Assembly: GCF_003704095.1 (NCBI RefSeq)
Contig: NW_020847187.1
Location: 372,001-436,000 of the forward strand
DNA: 64,000 bases
Origin: Pocillopora damicornis
Taxonomy: Eukaryota
Reading direction: 5' to 3'
In this document: positions 62,915 to 64,000 of the stretch, piece by piece
How the letters are laid out: the number at the start of each line of letters is the position of its first letter
How positions within the stretch are numbered: position 1 is the first letter of the stretch
The notes under the pieces: generated by a model
Seen by the model: only the letters and a program-made list of their open reading frames with translations
Databases searched by the model: none
What the model was told of the DNA's origin: nothing
Program-made: the position numbers and the translations under genes

Positions 62915-64000
62915 GTGAGTAGACTGTGTCTTAAAGATCGTTCATATTATTTATTTCGAACGTTATCCTCTGTCGACCGATTTTGAATACACATGTGCTT
63001 CAACTTGTCTGGCGAAAATTAATAACTTCACATCGCCTTAGATTCGTGCTTTTTGAAAGCATCAGACACAGCATGTAATTCTTTATTGACATCGTATAGT
63101 TTTACAACAAAAAGAAGAGCTGAATTCATAAGAAAGCACGTTACACCACGCCAAACCAAAATTTTCGCTGGCAGTTAAGATATTGATTTTGCCATGCCAG
63201 TAACACGTAGCAATTCTTGTATATCAGACGACGTAATTTATGCCGCTTTTAGCCTCGGCACTTCGAAACTAAAGAGGAATAAAAGCGTGTTTGACCATAA
63301 AAGTATAGGAGACTGAAACCAGCAGCTGTTGTACGTTGTCTCTGACAAGAGACGAATTTAGTCTGAGAGTGCATCAGATCAGTTATGGCGGTTTTGGCGT
63401 CAGCTGTGAAGGAAGAAAATACCTCTTGCAAAATTCCCTCTGACAGCAAATAATCTAACCTGTAAATCAACTAATGTCACGTTCGTGTATTTTTAATTAC
63501 ATGGGTAAAAAATCGAAGCATTCTTGTCACGTTAAAATAGGCTTGCGTAACTTGAAAGCTTTTGTGAGATCTCGAGTCAGAGTTAAGATTCAATTTTTGC
63601 TTTCCACAACAAGTTAAACCTCATACATTCTTCCAAGACTCTAATTTGTTCAAAATCCTGGTTCACTGTTATCTCCTTAAGCCACCAAATAAAGTCATCC
63701 CCTCTCTCTATTTATTTATATATTTTTATTCACTATATTTTATACCTTGGAAGACTTGACTTTCGAAAGTAATTATCAGCGCATGGTTTGAACGTGTGTT
63801 GTCAAGTGTCTCCAACGCTGAATATTTCGTTCGGCTACTTAAATAAATTATTTGGTTTTCTCATGATAAGTAGCTATAACCTTTCTTTCCCGTCCTTGAA
63901 AATCAATTATGAAATGCTGCCCGAAAAAGTAATTGTCATAAACTTATGCCCCAGAGAAAAAGGTGTTTCTTAATCATTGCTGAAAAGTCAATAAGAGTTA

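Overview
Eukaryotic, AT-rich, intron-containing animal DNA. The repeat landscape (TTAA-flanked MITEs, tRNA-derived SINEs, Penelope-type hammerhead remnants) suggests a scleractinian coral, probably pocilloporid; this is an inference. Gene order: intronless Myb/SANT-like (MSANTD-type) gene (-); synaptotagmin-like gene 1 (+, 4 coding exons); SLC46-like MFS transporter (+, 4 coding exons); a tandem array of four intronless, highly diverged coiled-coil genes (-) sharing a C-terminal [ST]R-x-[FH]-x-F-S-[YF]-F-P motif, with a 144-aa orphan ORF (+) inside the array; synaptotagmin-like gene 2 (+) with an intronless SNX16-like gene nested antisense in its last intron; and a cluster of three small multi-exon UPF0547/C16orf87-like zinc-ribbon genes that the ORF track misses, each with a perfect CRE palindrome 119-148 bp upstream of the ATG. 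A degenerate THAP + P2X7-tail-like (Kolobok-type) transposon relic lies between two of them. Exon models were built by hand from GT/AG sites and reading-frame phase. Family assignments come from remembered motifs, not from database searches.
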